The notes under the pieces are model-generated. The model ran no database searches. It was not told the DNA's origin and saw only the letters and a list, made by a program, of their open reading frames with translations. 64,000 nucleotides of DNA from Terriglobia bacterium (GTDB lineage Bacteria > Acidobacteriota > Terriglobia > 20CM-2-55-15), in assembly GCA_965218585.1 (NCBI GenBank), contig CBDCLE010000011.1, positions 64,001 through 128,000 on the forward strand, in the 5' to 3' direction. Of the stretch, positions 54,636 to 64,000 are shown piece by piece. The first letter of the stretch is position 1. The number at the start of each line of letters is the position of its first letter. The translations under genes and the position numbers were made by a program.

Positions 54636-55499
54636 CTACTTTTGGAAGTGCCCGCAGCCAAAGAGGCCCGGAATTTCAAAGGGGAGAGAGCCAAGTTCTG
54701 CAGCATACCGGCTACCGAGGTCCATCATCGTGATCCCCTCGATGGTGCGGAAGCCCGCTTCAGCCATCAACGCACTCATCTGAGCCAGACTGAAGTCGCT
54801 ACGCATCGGCTCTCCTCTCCTGGCAACGTACGCTTCAAGCTGTGCTCGCTTTTCCCGGTGCTCGGGCCATGCGGAACGGGCGTCGAGCATGTAATCGACA
54901 ACAAGCTGCGAACCGGTGGCTACGCCGCCCGCAATAGAGCGGACGGTCGAGGCAAGCACCTCCCGCGGTAGATAGTAGATCACCCCCAGCAGCGACAGGA
55001 ACGCTCGTCTTGCCGGTTCGAACGCCGATTCCGACAGCGCGTTCATCACCGGAATTCGCTCAAGGTCCGCGGGGACAAAATGCAATCCACGCGGTATATC
55101 CAGGCCGGCTCGTCGCAGGCGCTCCTGTTTGATCTCCTGCATGGCGGGCCGGTCGATCTCGAATACTTGAAGACGTGCCATGAGATCGGGCCGGCGCAGG
55201 GCAAACGAGTCCATCCCGGCCCCGATGATCACGTACTGGGTGATGCCGGCCCTGACTGCGGTCTCGAGTGCCTGCTCGGCGTAACGCGCCCGGATCAGTG
55301 TCCCGAGCGCGGCCGGTCGGAGGCGGCGTAGCACGCAGTGCGCCATGAGCCAGCCGGCGGGACGAATTCGCAGAATCCGTCGCGCCGATCGCCCGCAAAG
55401 CAGGATGGCGTACGGATCGTCGACGAGCTGTACGCGGTCCCGCTGGTGCAGGGCACGGACTGCGGCGACGAGGTCAGCAGTCGAAACTCGTGTCTTCAT
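54636..55499 (-). CDS. SAM-dependent methyltransferase, LCM/TIGR00027 family
   Basis: STA..VAAVRA, DPYA, QYVIIGAGMDS, FEIDRP, GVIYYL. Confidence 0.88.
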   Translation of the reverse strand: MKTRVSTADLVAAVRALHQRDRVQLVDDPYAILLCGRSARRILRIRPAGWLMAHCVLRRLRPAALGTLIRARYAEQALETAVRAGITQYVIIGAGMDSFALRRPDLMARLQVFEIDRPAMQEIKQERLRRAGLDIPRGLHFVPADLERIPVMNALSESAFEPARRAFLSLLGVIYYLPREVLASTVRSIAGGVATGSQLVVDYMLDARSAWPEHREKRAQLEAYVARRGEPMRSDFSLAQMSALMAEAGFRTIEGITMMDLGSRYAAELGSLPFEIPGLFGCGHFQK

Positions 55500-55570
55500 G
55501 TGTGCAATTCATAGAGATCGTTTCATTTGGAATTGGGGTAAAACGTTCGGGAGTTTCTAGTCTAAAACCT

Positions 55571-55735
55571 CTAGAAAATTCCGTTGAGCGGCGGCTTTTG
55601 ATCCGGACTTCGACGGGCCGTGGGAATCCGAACCGTTACCGGTCCCACTCCGGTCTGCAATTCCCGTTCGAGAAGAAAACCGTTGCGCACGCCCCCGGCG
55701 GTACCTGCCTCGGTTCGACGACCGCCATCGCTCAA
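55571..55735 (-). pseudogene. IS256 transposase fragment
   Basis: RTEAGTAGGVRNGFLLERELQTGVGPVTVRIP resembles RTETGNAGVVRNGYLPERELQTGLGPVTVQIP of the IS256 at 61.5-62.7 kb. Confidence 0.75.
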
Positions 55736-55997
55736 AGTTGCAACACAACCGTTCGGTCCTGGTGCATACAGGCAAGGGAATTGGCGATAATGGGATATGG
55801 CGCATCGCAAAACTGAACAGCATCCCCTTTTTCCCGGACGTTGGTTCGAAGATGACATCATTCTCCTCTGCCTGCGCTGGTATTTTCGCTTCAAACTGGT
55901 GCCGTCGGGCTACATTGAACTTATGTGGCATTTAGACTATCCCCAGAAGGGGGTATTCCCTTGACTCCAGTAGCCCCCACAGGTAGTAGTCCGGGGT

Positions 55998-56562
55998 ATG
56001 GAGGACTATCCTCGGACGCTTCAGGTCGGTGTCGATGAGGACGGTGTGATTGTGGCCCAGAAACTGACCGACAGCACGACCGATGATGCAGGCGTCGCCC
56101 CGGACCTTCTCGATCAGATCCCAGAGGACAAGAAAATCGTACGCTTCACCGGCGACGGAGCGTACGATCGGAATTCCATCTACGAAACATTTGCGGAACG
56201 CGCCGCAAGGGTCGTCGTCCCTCCACTCAAGAACGCCGTTCCGTCGCGATCCAGAACACGAGCGGCAAATGCCCGGAACAGAACGGTGAATCGCATCAAG
56301 AAGGTCGGTCGCAGGCAGTGGAAGAAGGATGCACGGTATCACGGCCAGGCGCGGGCCGAAAACACGTTCTTCCGATACAAGCAAATCCTCGGAAGCCGAC
56401 TACGCTCACGCGACGCTGGCAATCAACGAATCGAGGCCCGACTCGCCTGCACAATCCTCAATCGGATGATCGAGCTCGGAGCACCGAAATCGGAGGCGAT
56501 CCGAAACTGAGGGAGAGCGCGGTGAGGGCATATGGGGCCGATGTCGATCCATGCAACAACGC
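55998..56562 (+). pseudogene. IS5 family (IS903-like) transposase 3' fragment with its right end
   Basis: GDGAYD, W....YH...AE..F.RYK, NRM..LG; end ATGCAACAACGCC. Confidence 0.78.
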
Positions 56563-56678
56563 CATTCTTCGTTGTGGATTGGAGGCAGACATGAGGAACT
56601 TGATGTCCACAACTGATATAGACTCTGGAAGCAGCGATCTCCGGTTGGAAGCCGGGCGCCCTGATTGGATTTCTGACA

Positions 56679-57185
56679 ATGGGACATATAAAACGCTTGT
56701 TTGGAATCGGTGCCGTCGTTGTGGCCCTTCTGGTCACGTTCGTGATCGGCTGGCTGGTGGCGAGCCTGGGCATCGGATCGACAATGGACTTGGAGTCACT
56801 GCCCGAACTGGAGCGCCAGTTCGCCGAGCGAATGCGCGATGTCTCCCTGGTCGGCCGCTTTACCATTGCAGGCCGGGAAGACGAGTCGGCCCGTCCGGAC
56901 CGGTACGATATCGCCAGTGTTGAGAAGGTCGGCGGTGACCGCTGGCGGTTCAACACTCGTCTTCGCTACGGGGAGAGAGACGTGACGCTGCCGGTCGCAG
57001 TAACCATGCTGTGGACAGACGACACCCCCATGGTAATGCTCACGGATACGACAATCCCGACGCTCGGCACGTTCAGTGCCCGGGTGTTCTTCTACGAAGA
57101 CCGCTACGCTGGCACCTGGCAGCATGGTGAAATCGGCGGCCATATGTTCGGCAACATCGAACCCACCGCTGACGCCGGACCCTGA
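56679..57185 (+). CDS. Conserved hypothetical membrane-anchored protein
   Basis: N-terminal TM; W..DTP...LT...IP.LGTFSARV and YAGTW.HG..GGHMFG. Confidence 0.7.
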   Translation: MGHIKRLFGIGAVVVALLVTFVIGWLVASLGIGSTMDLESLPELERQFAERMRDVSLVGRFTIAGREDESARPDRYDIASVEKVGGDRWRFNTRLRYGERDVTLPVAVTMLWTDDTPMVMLTDTTIPTLGTFSARVFFYEDRYAGTWQHGEIGGHMFGNIEPTADAGP

Positions 57186-57309
57186 CGACCGCCCCGCACT
57201 CAGAACGGCCTCAGCGTGGTCGTGCGCTGCACATTCATCCCACGCCTTGCACCATCTGATCTGGCCTCCTCTCTCTGATATGCAGGACCTGGTCGGACAA
57301 TCAGTGCTC

Positions 57310-57702
57310 CTATTGTAAACGTTCCCGGAGAGCTTCATAAGGGGTTTGGCCGTCGAAGGCGGCATGGGGTCGAGTGAGATTGTAGAAGCGTTCCCATTGC
57401 GTCAGTTTCTTGTTCAGGTCGACATCATCGACATAGTCGAGCAGTTGATAGAACTCCTCCTGATCGGTTCGATGGGAGCGTTCCACCTTGCCGTTGAGCT
57501 GTGGAGAGCGTGGCTTGATGTAGACGTGACGAATGCCCTTGTCTTTGACGTGCCAGTGAAACTTGGCTTGGAACTCGTGCCCGCGGTCGGTCCGGATGCT
57601 CTGCACAGGAAATGGGAACGTTTCCAATACATGATCGACAAAGGCGATCACGTTGGCCTGGTTGTGGCGCGGATATATCTTTAGAGCACGAATCCGCGTT
57701 GC
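57310..57702 (-). pseudogene. IS481 family transposase C-terminal fragment
   Basis: IRTDRGHEF, YIKPRSPQLNGKVERSH, YNLTRPH..F.GQTP. Confidence 0.82.
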
Positions 57703-57706
57703 ATCA

Positions 57707-58010
57707 GAGGTTGTTCCAGTTGGTGTGTAAAAAGAAAGAGGCGGTGTACGCTTTCGGTGAAATCTAAACTGAGCGCACAATCCCGGGTGCAACCGGGAGA
57801 AAGGTACACCACCCATGGAGAAGAGGAACATACCGGCAGCAGTGGCGTCAACGAATGCGTATGAGGCTCTCGAGGACTGGGCGCGATCCCGGGTCCAAGT
57901 CTGGCTTCAGGAGTTGCTTGAGGACGAAGTCACGCAGTTTCTGGGCCGGGAAAAGTCGGAGCGGAGTCCGGATCGGCGAGGGTACCGGAACGGTCACGGG
58001 AAACCGCGCG
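57707..58010 (+). pseudogene. IS256 family left end and N-terminal fragment
   Basis: LQELLEDEVTQFLGREKSER...GYRNGHGKPR, truncated. Confidence 0.7.
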
Positions 58011-58163
58011 ACGTGCCCTTCCGGCACAAGATCCATCACGTTTGGCGGAAACAGCACGCTTTGATTCACGTTCCATTCTCGAAAGGTTTTGGTCATGCCC
58101 AAACCTTCCCTCATTTCACCGTCGGTTTCGGTCCGGTCTGATAGGGATTACGGGGACAGGCTC
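58008..58163 (-). pseudogene. Left end and N-terminus of a second IS1182 type
   Basis: End GAGCCTGTCCCCGTAAT after CTAG; MTKTFREWNVNQSVLFPP.VMDLVPEGHVAR. Confidence 0.75.
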
Positions 58164-58167
58164 CTAG

Positions 58168-59564
58168 CAGCCTGCGCCGTAGGAAGTGAATGAGATAATT
58201 CTGTCGCAGTTAGGAGGAGAATGCGATGCCGACGACGTTTCGCCCGTACCAACCGGATCAAGGGTTGCTGCTGCCGCCGGATTTACGGGATTGGTTGCCG
58301 GAGGGGCACTTGGCGCACCATGTGAGCGATCTGGTGGACGGAATGGACTTGACGGTGTTTTACGCGCCGTACGAAGGGGACGGTCGTCGCAAGTCGCCGT
58401 ATGAGCCGCGGATGATGGCGAAGGTGCTGATCTACGGGTACGCGACGGGGGTGTTTTCCTCCCGAGGGCTGGCGCGGAAGCTGGAGGAGGACGTGGCGTT
58501 TCGGGTGTTGGCGGCGGGGAATTTTCCGAGCCATCGGACGATTTGCGAGTTTCGCCGCCGTCATTTGTCGGATTTCAAGGCGCTGTTTGTGGAGGTGGTC
58601 GGTCTGGCGCGCGAGACCGACGCGGCGGAGGATGCGCGCTTTGGGGCGGCGTTTCGGGGCGACGAGTTGCCCGAGGAGTTGCGCCGGCGGGAGGACCGAC
58701 TGGCGGCGATCCGGGCGGCGAAGGCGCGCCTTAAGGCGCGGCAGCGGGAGGCCGACCAGGCGCGGGGACGCGAGCCCGGTTCGAAGCGCAACCGGAAGGG
58801 CGGGCGGCCCTACAAGCGGGAGTACGGCGAGCCGGACGAGAAGGCGCAGGATAACTTCACGGATCCGGAAAGCCGGATCATGAAGACCTCGTCGGAGGGA
58901 TTTCAGCAGTGCTACAACGCGCAGGTGGCGGTGGAGGGAGAGAACCAGTTGATCGTCGCCACCGAGGTGTCGTCGAACGCCAGCGACCAGGGTCGGCTGG
59001 TCCCGTTGGTGGACGAGGTGGAGGCCACCCATGGGGAACGGCCGGAGACGGTGCTGGCGGATGCGGGCTACTGCAACGAGGACGACCTGGAGGCGCTGGA
59101 GGCGCGCGGCGTGGACGCCTACGTGGCCTTGGGCCGGGAGGGCCGGCGCGCGGTCGCGGTGGACGCGGCCAGGCATCCGGCGAAGGCCCGCATGGCCGGG
59201 AAGCTGGCGACCTCGCCGGGACGGGCGCAGTACGCCCGACGCAAATGGCTGTCGGAGGCGCCCAACGGGTGGATCAAGGAAGTGCTCGGCTTCCGCCGAT
59301 TCAGCCTGCGCGGCCTGCACAAGGTCCAGGGCGAGTGGAACTTGGTGTGTCTGGCATTGAACGTCAAGCAGTTGCAGAGGCTTCAGGCAGCCTGATGACA
59401 GGCATACCGCCCGCAAATCAGGCCGAACGAGGGCCGATTCAAGCACCTGTGGCGCACCCAGCGGCGCGTCGTCGTCCAAAACGCCCATTCCCCGGTCACG
59501 GATGCCGATTGATCGCCATCTCGCGTAATTCGCCGAGTCGAAAATCCTCCTACGGCGCAGGCTC
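58168..59564 (+). mobile_element. IS1182 family element, copy 2, with internal deletion
   Basis: TIR CAGCCTGCGCCGTAGGA/TCCTACGGCGCAGGCTC; CTAG at 58164-58167 and 59565-59568; highly similar to copy 1. Confidence 0.93.
58226..59395 (+). pseudogene. IS1182 transposase lacking 51 aa including the IDGTK motif
   Basis: 389 aa versus 440 aa in copy 1; LARET joins directly to DAAED. Confidence 0.88.
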
Positions 59565-59592
59565 CTAGCCCCGATTACCCTCCTGCTGAGAC

Positions 59593-60564
59593 TCAGGTTT
59601 CATCGTTATCCATCATCCGCAGGCACCAGTTGAGGGGTTCAACGACTAGAAGGCCGCGCCCTTTCGTGGCGAACGGGTCTCGCAGGAGTGCCATGCGGGC
59701 CTTGTTGCTGCAGGCCCTTACCACGAGCGCGAGCACGTAACGGGAGCCCATCTTTTCAGCGGCACTCCACTCGTTGTTCGTCATCTCCAAAGAAGGGAAC
59801 CGGGAGAGCATTGTACCTTTGACCTCGACCGCCACGAGTTGGCCATCGTTGTCTTCGTAGCCGATATCCCAACCGGGAGTCTCGCCTTCCTGTGCCACCC
59901 AGCGGAGCGAGTCCCTACCACGACCGGATAACGTTTGCCGAAGGTGATTCAAGACGCGTTCTTCCGCCCAATCGCCAACTTCCCGAGAGCGGTCAGACCT
60001 GCGAGTGCCGCCGCTGGTAGCGCCAAGGGCGGAACGTGGCCTTCGCAGAAAGAGACGAGTTGCGTCATCTTCGAAGGTAAGCGGTGCGCTCAAGGGATCG
60101 CGTGGCAGAGTCGGAGGGGCGGGAGATCTGCTGTGAGCTGCACTGAGGATACGGTCGAAGACATCTCGTGAAATCTCGCGTACGCCGGTACGCCATCCCA
60201 AAGCGTGGCCGATACGTTCGTAGGCCACACCGTTGTTTTTCGCTGGCACTGGTACGTCGAAAGGTTGGTAATCCTCAATCGCACAAAACCATCGCCGCTG
60301 TCGGGCGGGTGTATTCGTGCCCTGGTCGGGATCCTGCCAGACGTCACCGATGATGCCTGTTCCGAAATACTCAGCTTTTCCTCGCCTTCCGCCGGCCCGC
60401 CGAACACCCCGGTAGTAGACGAAAAGCCGGCCCGAAGCCACTCGGTTCCGGTACGCGTTTGGAAACTGGTACTGAACGCCCGTATCATCGGCCCAGAAGT
60501 CGTACTCTCCTCCCATTGTCACTTCATTTTCGACGAGCACGAGAGTGTAGGGGGGTGATGACAT
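59593..60564 (-). CDS. DUF3883 (NOV-C) PD-(D/E)xK nuclease with N-terminal PUA/EVE-like domain
   Basis: G..AE, GWDI, VEVKGT, MT.NEW, Y.LALV; N-terminal FVYYRG...YFGTG.I...GVREIS...FDRIL. Confidence 0.75.
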   Translation of the reverse strand: MSSPPYTLVLVENEVTMGGEYDFWADDTGVQYQFPNAYRNRVASGRLFVYYRGVRRAGGRRGKAEYFGTGIIGDVWQDPDQGTNTPARQRRWFCAIEDYQPFDVPVPAKNNGVAYERIGHALGWRTGVREISRDVFDRILSAAHSRSPAPPTLPRDPLSAPLTFEDDATRLFLRRPRSALGATSGGTRRSDRSREVGDWAEERVLNHLRQTLSGRGRDSLRWVAQEGETPGWDIGYEDNDGQLVAVEVKGTMLSRFPSLEMTNNEWSAAEKMGSRYVLALVVRACSNKARMALLRDPFATKGRGLLVVEPLNWCLRMMDNDET

Positions 60565-60606
60565 TCTTCCTTCTCCTCATTTCAGGCAGCCGCTTTAATT
60601 CTAGCC

Positions 60607-60735
60607 TGAACCGCCCCGGTCCTTTGGAAAGTTCCATTTTCTTGAAAGGACGGAATCGATGGGAAGCAGATAAAACCGCCAGAGGTCCGTAAATGCGCCA
60701 CACGTATGGTGTGGAAGCAACCAGAATCGATCGGA
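60607..60735 (+). pseudogene. Degenerate IS3 left end and orfA start
   Basis: TGAACCGCCCCGG identical to the IS3 TIR at 12581, then PEVRKCATRMV. Confidence 0.6.
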
Positions 60736-60809
60736 GCGAAACGAGAAAGCCAGCGATGATTATTCAGGTCTGCGGGCTCGCCCGACGGCCTCCCCGTAGT
60801 CCATGAGCC

Positions 60810-61010
60810 GCCGTAGCGGAGGCGGGCGACGGCGCCGACCTGGCCTGCGACGGACGGAGAAGCCCCGGCGTCGAACAGGCGACCGAAGTATTTAGCCAGA
60901 TGCGGATCAGTGAGCGGCCGGCCTCCCAGCCACTCATCGACGCGCCGGAGCGCTCCGGAATAGGCCCGCCGGGTGTTCCCTGAAATCGAGGCGGCGGCCA
61001 GATGGTGGGC
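60810..61010 (-). pseudogene. Tyrosine recombinase N-terminal (SAM-like) fragment
   Basis: SGNTRRAYSGALRR..EWL.GRPLTD..LA.Y...L...G.SP. Confidence 0.55.
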
Positions 61011-61058
61011 GCTTATGGCTTGTCTGCCCTGAACGTGTCTACGCCACAAACTGAATCC

Positions 61059-61322
61059 TCACCCCGCAGGCTGAGGCGATCTTGGTAACCGTACCGAGCC
61101 GAGGATCTCTGTTCCCCCGACAAGCTGCGGGAAAGGCCCACACGGTCCACGTCGGCTCGACGTGCGATTTTCAGATACGCCGCCCTGTAGCGCTGCCACG
61201 TTCCGAAAGGCTTTCATCAACAATCGAGGGTCACCGTCGAACTCCTCGATCGCGGCGTTCAGGTACGCAGCGATGTCTTGACGTGTTTTGAGGTAGTCGC
61301 TAGCGCGGTGTTGTTTCACGGG
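61059..61322 (-). pseudogene. Addiction-module antidote (HI1420-like HTH), frameshifted
   Basis: ASDYLKT..DIAAYLNAAIEE...D...L..A...VA...GG. Confidence 0.7.
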
Positions 61323-61439
61323 CACTTTTGCTTCTCTTGTTGATAAGCCTTCCAACAGGCCTGGATCATTTTGATGTCGCGGGCCTACCGTTTCTTCGTT
61401 CCGCCGACCAGGAGGATCACGAGTCTTTCATTATCGAGG

Positions 61440-62825
61440 GAGTTATTGTCAAAAGTGGTGTTTTGCCGATTGACTCAAGCGGCGGCCTGATCGACGTGGG
61501 TCACTTCGATTCCATCGTTGAATTTCACTCCAGTAATCACCTTGGGCAGATCATCGAATCCTCGTAATCGTCGCCAATTCTTCTGAGCGCACTGTCCCAG
61601 TTTGAACATCATGTGCAGCATGCCAACCCGCGTCAGGCAACCCCTGGATCGCTTGGTTCGGTGGCGAATGGTAGCAAAAGTCGACTCAATGGGATTGGTC
61701 GTTCGGATGCTCTGCCAGTGCTTGGCCGGGAAGTTGAAGAAGGCCAGCAGTTCTTCTTTGTCTTTCTGGAGGCAGCGAGTGGCTTTCGGATACTTCGGCT
61801 CATAGGTTTCAATGAACAGATCGAATGCCTTCTCGGCGTCTGTCTGTGTCTGAGCCCGCCAGATCGCGTGCAAAGCCTGTTTCGCCTTCGCCTGGGCCGA
61901 CTTCGGGAGCCCGTTCAGTACGTTCATGGTCTTGTGCATCCAGCAACGTTGGTGACGTGTCTCGGGATAGATTTCCTCCAGTGCGGCCCAGAATCCCATC
62001 GCACCGTCTCCGATGGCCAACTTCGGGATATTCATCCCACGCGACTTCAGCTTTAACAAGACCTCGCGCCAACTCTGTGTCGATTCCCGGACACCGTCTT
62101 CGATTGCCAGAAAACGTTTCTCTCCGCGTTGATTCGCGCCGATCACCACCAGTGCGCACAACTTGGTTTCTTCGGCCCGCAGTCCGCTGTAGATACCGTC
62201 GGCCCAGACATAGACCCAGCGATCGGCATCCAATCGCTCCTCGCATCCCCGGCGGTACTGCTCGGCCCAGACCTGTTTCAACCGCGATACCGTGCTCGCC
62301 GACAGGCCCTGCGCCTGGGGTCCGACAAGAACTTTTAGAGCGTCACCCATCTCGCCGCTGGAGACGCCTTTCAAATACAACCACGGCACCGCTGCTTCCA
62401 GCGATTTCGTTTTCCGAATGTAGGGAGGTACCAGGGCCGACCGGAACGTTACCGGGTCGCCAGTCTTCGCTCGGACTTTCGGGATCTGGACCGTTACCGG
62501 CCCCAAACCGGTCTGCAGTTCACGTTCAGGCAGATAACCGTTGCGCACCACCCCGGCGTTGCCCGTCTCGGTTCTCCGATCGCCGTGGTGGGATAGCAGT
62601 TCCGCCAATTCGGTTTCCACCGCGCGTTGGATCAGTTGCTGAGCTCCAACTCGTAGTAGCTCTGTTATCGGATCCTCAATCGTCTCTCGACCCTCCGGTC
62701 CAGTCACGTTACTCTTGCTCATAGTGGCGTATCTCCCTTGGTTGCTTTGAAGTCTGGTAAACAACAAATCAACCAGATACGCCGCTCTTCCTCAATCCCT
62801 TAAACACCAGATTCGGTTATAACTC
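61440..62825 (-). mobile_element. IS256 family element
   Basis: Imperfect TIR GAGTTAT...TGGTGTTT; 9-bp target duplication TTATCGAGG/TTATCGAAG (one mismatch). Confidence 0.9.
61475..62722 (-). CDS. IS256 family transposase
   Basis: RNGY, YLKGVS, VWADG, IGDGA.GF, QRCW.HK, RTTNPIES. Confidence 0.94.
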   Translation of the reverse strand: MSKSNVTGPEGRETIEDPITELLRVGAQQLIQRAVETELAELLSHHGDRRTETGNAGVVRNGYLPERELQTGLGPVTVQIPKVRAKTGDPVTFRSALVPPYIRKTKSLEAAVPWLYLKGVSSGEMGDALKVLVGPQAQGLSASTVSRLKQVWAEQYRRGCEERLDADRWVYVWADGIYSGLRAEETKLCALVVIGANQRGEKRFLAIEDGVRESTQSWREVLLKLKSRGMNIPKLAIGDGAMGFWAALEEIYPETRHQRCWMHKTMNVLNGLPKSAQAKAKQALHAIWRAQTQTDAEKAFDLFIETYEPKYPKATRCLQKDKEELLAFFNFPAKHWQSIRTTNPIESTFATIRHRTKRSRGCLTRVGMLHMMFKLGQCAQKNWRRLRGFDDLPKVITGVKFNDGIEVTHVDQAAA

Positions 62826-63377
62826 TTATCGAAGCTATAGTACACGCGGTATCCGGGGCCGAAGTCGATTCTAAGTTCGGAAAAGCCCTTCCCTACCCCC
62901 TTTGCGATCGCCGAAGTTTCCCAGCTCGATCCGGTCGATTCACGTCTGAACGCGAGCTCGAATCTCAGTGTCCTGGTTCTGAAGCCACTCGTCAAAGTAG
63001 TCCGTACCGACTTCTGCTACGTAGTGAACGAGGCTGCCACAGAAATAGTTGAAGGTTGGAAAGATGGCGGTTGATCCGCCCGACTCCGTAGAATCGGGTT
63101 GAGAAATATTGTTGTGAGGAACCGCCAATGGAAGCATATCGAATTGTGAATCGCGGGGACAGCCGCTCCCTCGCAGAATATCTGACAGAGGACGAGCAGA
63201 TTCTGTTGCCAATGGTCGAGTTGATCGAAGGATCACGGATGGCGATCGATGAGCTGACAGCTCAGGGGAAAGAACTTGGGGGGTCAGATTGAAACCATCT
63301 CTGTGAATCGCACAAATAAACGGCGAAGAAGTTCTCGCGCTCGACAGACGCGCGTTACGATGAAGCCCTCACCCTTT

Positions 63378-64000
63378 TCATTCCTGCGGGTCATCAGTAA
63401 TACTCCCTGAGAACGGTTCAGAACCATAACGGCAATCAAGCAGATTTGGACAATGACCGCAATCGGGGCTGCGTGGGGTACAAATCTTCATTGTGAAATC
63501 CAGGACCGCATAGTTATATTCCTGAAATGCTCGCGGTGGCGTCAGCCTTTCGGCCAGATCCCTCACCCAGGAAACACCACGTGGGTCGCGGTTGTAAGGA
63601 TTGCCAGTCATACGGCTAAGCCAGCGGACCACATTACTGTCAATTAGAACAGCCCGCTTACCCCGGTGCAACGAGAGCCATGCCGCTGCCGTATACGTTC
63701 CAACGCCCTTGAGTTTCGTAAGCTCATCCATGTCTTCCGGCAGGGCGCCGCTGTGTTCAACCGCAACGGCTGCAATGTCACGAAGCAAACCAAGCCGAAA
63801 ACCTAGCCCCAATTTTCGGACTATAAGAGAGACCTCATTTAGATCGGCACCCAATAGGGCTAACGGTGTAGGGTAACGCTTCTTGAACTCCTCATAAACG
63901 CCCTTAACCTGGCTAGCTTGTGTACGTTGTAAAAACAACTCGGCAACAAATGTAAGCCAGGCGCCCGTGTCTATCCGCCATGGATATTCCTGATAATTCT
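63378..64000 (-). CDS. HhH-GPD DNA glycosylase, Mig (G:T mismatch)/MutY-like; 5' end outside the window
   Basis: YPWR, AELFLQRT, LGL..R, LKGVGTYTA, DSNVVR, LDF...IC and a C-X6-C-X2-C-X5-C FeS loop. Confidence 0.82.
   Translation of the reverse strand, partial: NYQEYPWRIDTGAWLTFVAELFLQRTQASQVKGVYEEFKKRYPTPLALLGADLNEVSLIVRKLGLGFRLGLLRDIAAVAVEHSGALPEDMDELTKLKGVGTYTAAAWLSLHRGKRAVLIDSNVVRWLSRMTGNPYNRDPRGVSWVRDLAERLTPPRAFQEYNYAVLDFTMKICTPRSPDCGHCPNLLDCRYGSEPFSGSITDDPQE

Larger units (their letters stand above)
61319..63020 (-). pseudogene. RelE/ParE-like addiction-module killer (HI1419-like), split by IS256
   Basis: FDEWL...D..IRARV, VGKGFSELRIDFGPGYRVYY, then beyond the IS LVILLVGGTKKR*ARDI. Confidence 0.78.

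Noticed and set aside
63170-63300. Short frame YLTEDEQILLPMVELIEGSRMAIDEL, possibly another IS fragment
   Set aside because: Too short to assign without a search

Overview
GC-rich bacterial chromosomal window; the gene set (Ser/Thr kinase-beta-propeller fusion, M48/M28 peptidases, bshB1, archaeal-type ProRS, DUF3500) suggests Acidobacteriota, by inference only. Bases 1-47.5 kb are mostly housekeeping genes (ribF, ribA, mazG, moaD-E, PGM, ftsK, uppP, rnj, rsmA, cca, PBP1, MCM, proS, feoAB, mobA) plus three tRNAs and a probable 6S RNA. Four IS elements sit in this part, each at a site reconstructable to within a base or two: IS1182 in an amidohydrolase, IS3 in a kinase, IS701 in an integrase remnant next to tRNA-fMet, and an IS110/IS1111 element in a P-loop kinase gene. 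From about 47.6 kb to the end is a decayed island: IS21, virB9/virB10 remnants, an IS graveyard, two toxin-antitoxin modules with dead toxins, a PUA-like/DUF3883 nuclease and a Mig/MutY-like glycosylase. The best finding is the IS1111-type element. Its 386-nt downstream non-coding end carries segments matching both its reconstructed target site and its donor junction, i.e. a readable candidate bridge/seek RNA with an AC core. Several conserved core genes carry frameshifts that are probably assembly indels. No CRISPR array was seen. All calls come from reading motifs by eye; no database searches were run.
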